Translations under genes and position numbers: made by a program
Notes under the pieces: generated by a model
Databases searched by the model: none
Told to the model about the DNA's origin: nothing
Seen by the model: the letters and a program-made list of their open reading frames with translations, nothing else
DNA from: Malacoraja senta
Lineage: Eukaryota
NCBI GenBank assembly: GCA_038087875.1
Contig: CM075990.1
Span: forward strand, 3,970,001-4,034,000
DNA length: 64,000 bases
Reading direction: 5' to 3'
Shown here: one piece after another, positions 62,205-64,000 of the stretch
How positions within the stretch are numbered: position 1 is the first letter of the stretch
How the letters are laid out: each line of letters opens with the position of its first letter

Positions 62205-63680
62205 TTAGGCAGGTTGAAATTTATGAGTCATCCTTACATACAGGAGAGGTGCCGGAAGACTGGAGGGTGGCAAATGTTGTGCCTCTTTTCAAGAAGGGCT
62301 GCAGGGAAAATGCTGGGAAATATAGGCTGGTGAGCTTAACATCTGTCGTTGGAAAATTACTAGCGAGTATTTTGAGGGATAGGTTAGACAGGCATGTAAA
62401 TAGGCAAGGCCTGATTAGGGATAGTCAGCGTGGTTTTGTACGTGGGAGGTCGTGTCTCACAAATCTGATTGATTTTTTTGAAAACGTCACCAAAAAGGTC
62501 GATGAGGGCAGAGCTGTAGATGTTGTGTACATGGACTTCAATAAGGCATTCGACAAGGTTCCGCATGGTAGGCTGCTCTGGAAGGTTACATTGCATGGGA
62601 TCCAAGGAGAGATAGCTGAATGGATAGCAAATGGTTCCATGGAAGGAAGCAGAGGGTGATGTTGGATGGTTGCTTTTCGGACTGGAGGCCTGTGACTAGT
62701 GGTGTGCCTCAGGGTTCGGTGCTGGGCCCGTTACTGTTTGTCATCTATATCAATGATTTTGATGAGAACATACAGGGCAAGATAAGTAAGTTTGCAGATG
62801 ATACAAAAGTGAGTGGTTTTGCAGATAGTGAAGATGGTTGTGAACGATTGCAGCAGGATCGATTGGCATGGTGGGCGGAGGAATGTTGATGGAATTTAAT
62901 ACTGAGAAGTGTGAGGTGTTGCATTTTAGACGTCGAACAAGGGCAGGACCTACACAATAAATGGTAGGCCTCTGGGTAGTGTTGTAGAGCAGAGGGATCT
63001 AGGAGTACAGGTGCATGGTTCCTTGAAGGTCGAGTCGCAGGTGGATAAGGTGGTCAAAAAGGCCTTTGGCACTTTAGCCTTCATCAGCCAGAGTATTAAG
63101 TTGGGAGGTCATGTTGCAGTTGTATAAGAGATTGGTGAGACCACATTTAGAATATTGTGTTCAGTCTGAGCACCATGTTATAGGAAAGATATTGTCAAGC
63201 TTGAAAGGGTTCAGAAAAGATTTACGAGGACGTTGCCAGGACTAGAGGGTGTGAGCTATAGGGAGAGGTTGAGTAGGTTGGGGTCTTTATTCTATGGAGC
63301 GCAGGAGGGATGAGGGGTGATCTTATAGAGGTGTACAAAATCTTGCGAGGAATAGATCAGGATTGCCCAGAGTAGGGGAATCAAGGACCGGAGGACATAG
63401 GTTCCAGGTGAAGGGGATAAGATTTAATAGGAATCCGAGGGGTAACTTTTTCACACAAAGGGTGGTGGGTGTATGGAACAAGCTGCCAGAGGAGGTAGTG
63501 GAGGCAGGGACTATCCCATTGTTTATGAAACAGTTAGACAGGTACATGGATAGGACAGGTTTGGAGGTATATGGACCAAGCGCAGGCAAGTGGGATTAGG
63601 GTAGCTGGGACATTGTTGGCCGGTGTGGGCAAGTTGGGCCGAAGGGCCTGTTTCCACACTGTATCATTCTGTGACTATTC
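62205..63680 (+). mobile_element. CR1 LINE, reverse transcriptase to 3' end, decayed
   Basis: [52 protein letters not shown]; frameshifts. Confidence 0.92.
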
Positions 63681-64000
63681 TACACACTGGGGACAATTTA
63701 CAATGTTACCAAGGCCAATTAACCAACAGACCCGTACTACTTTGGAGTGTGGGAGGGAACCGGAGCACCCGGAGAAAACCCACGCGGTCACAGGGAGAAC
63801 ACACAAACTCTGTACAGACAGCACCCGTAGTCAGGATTGAACCTGGGTCTCTGGTGCTGGGTCTCTATCACTACGCCACCGTGCTGCCCTGACGTTTCGG
63901 GTTGGGATCTTTCTTCAGACTCCAGCATTTTGTGTCTATCGTTGCTCTGCACTATCCTTTGATTCGCCCAAAACGATGTGGGGGGTGGGGGAAAGAGCCA

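Noticed and set aside
60660..64000. Further upstream MARCHF8 exons
   Set aside because: None recognised; the region is mostly CR1, SINE and Penelope-type repeat.

Overview
Repeat-dense vertebrate genomic DNA, most likely from a cartilaginous fish (skate/ray-like), judged from the HE1/V-type tRNA-SINEs, CR1 3' ends and Penelope-like fragments. It holds three intron-containing protein-coding genes. (1) The 3' part of MAT1A (S-adenosylmethionine synthase) on +, exons 507-619, 2011-2154, 3048-3266, 5250-5383 and 12912-13014; the expected 183-nt GDAG...GGGAFSGKD exon is absent and probably lies in the 200-N gap at 3726-3925. (2) A complete six-exon gene on - (40854 to 30306) that the ORF track misses, encoding a 227-aa predicted secreted, Cys-rich protein with one SVEP1-type sushi/CCP-like module and a TATA/HNF1/HNF4-like promoter. 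(3) The last three coding exons and long 3' UTR of MARCHF8 on -. Also present: an intact tRNA-Lys(UUU) and a duplicated T-loop-deleted pseudocopy, a near-intact Passport-like Tc1, a decayed second Tc1, Harbinger-type MITEs, a P/hAT-like element with an 8-bp TSD, Penelope-derived repeats carrying hammerhead-ribozyme-like cores, several satellites, and several local direct and inverted duplications of unique DNA. Family assignments come from recalled sequence motifs; no database search was run.
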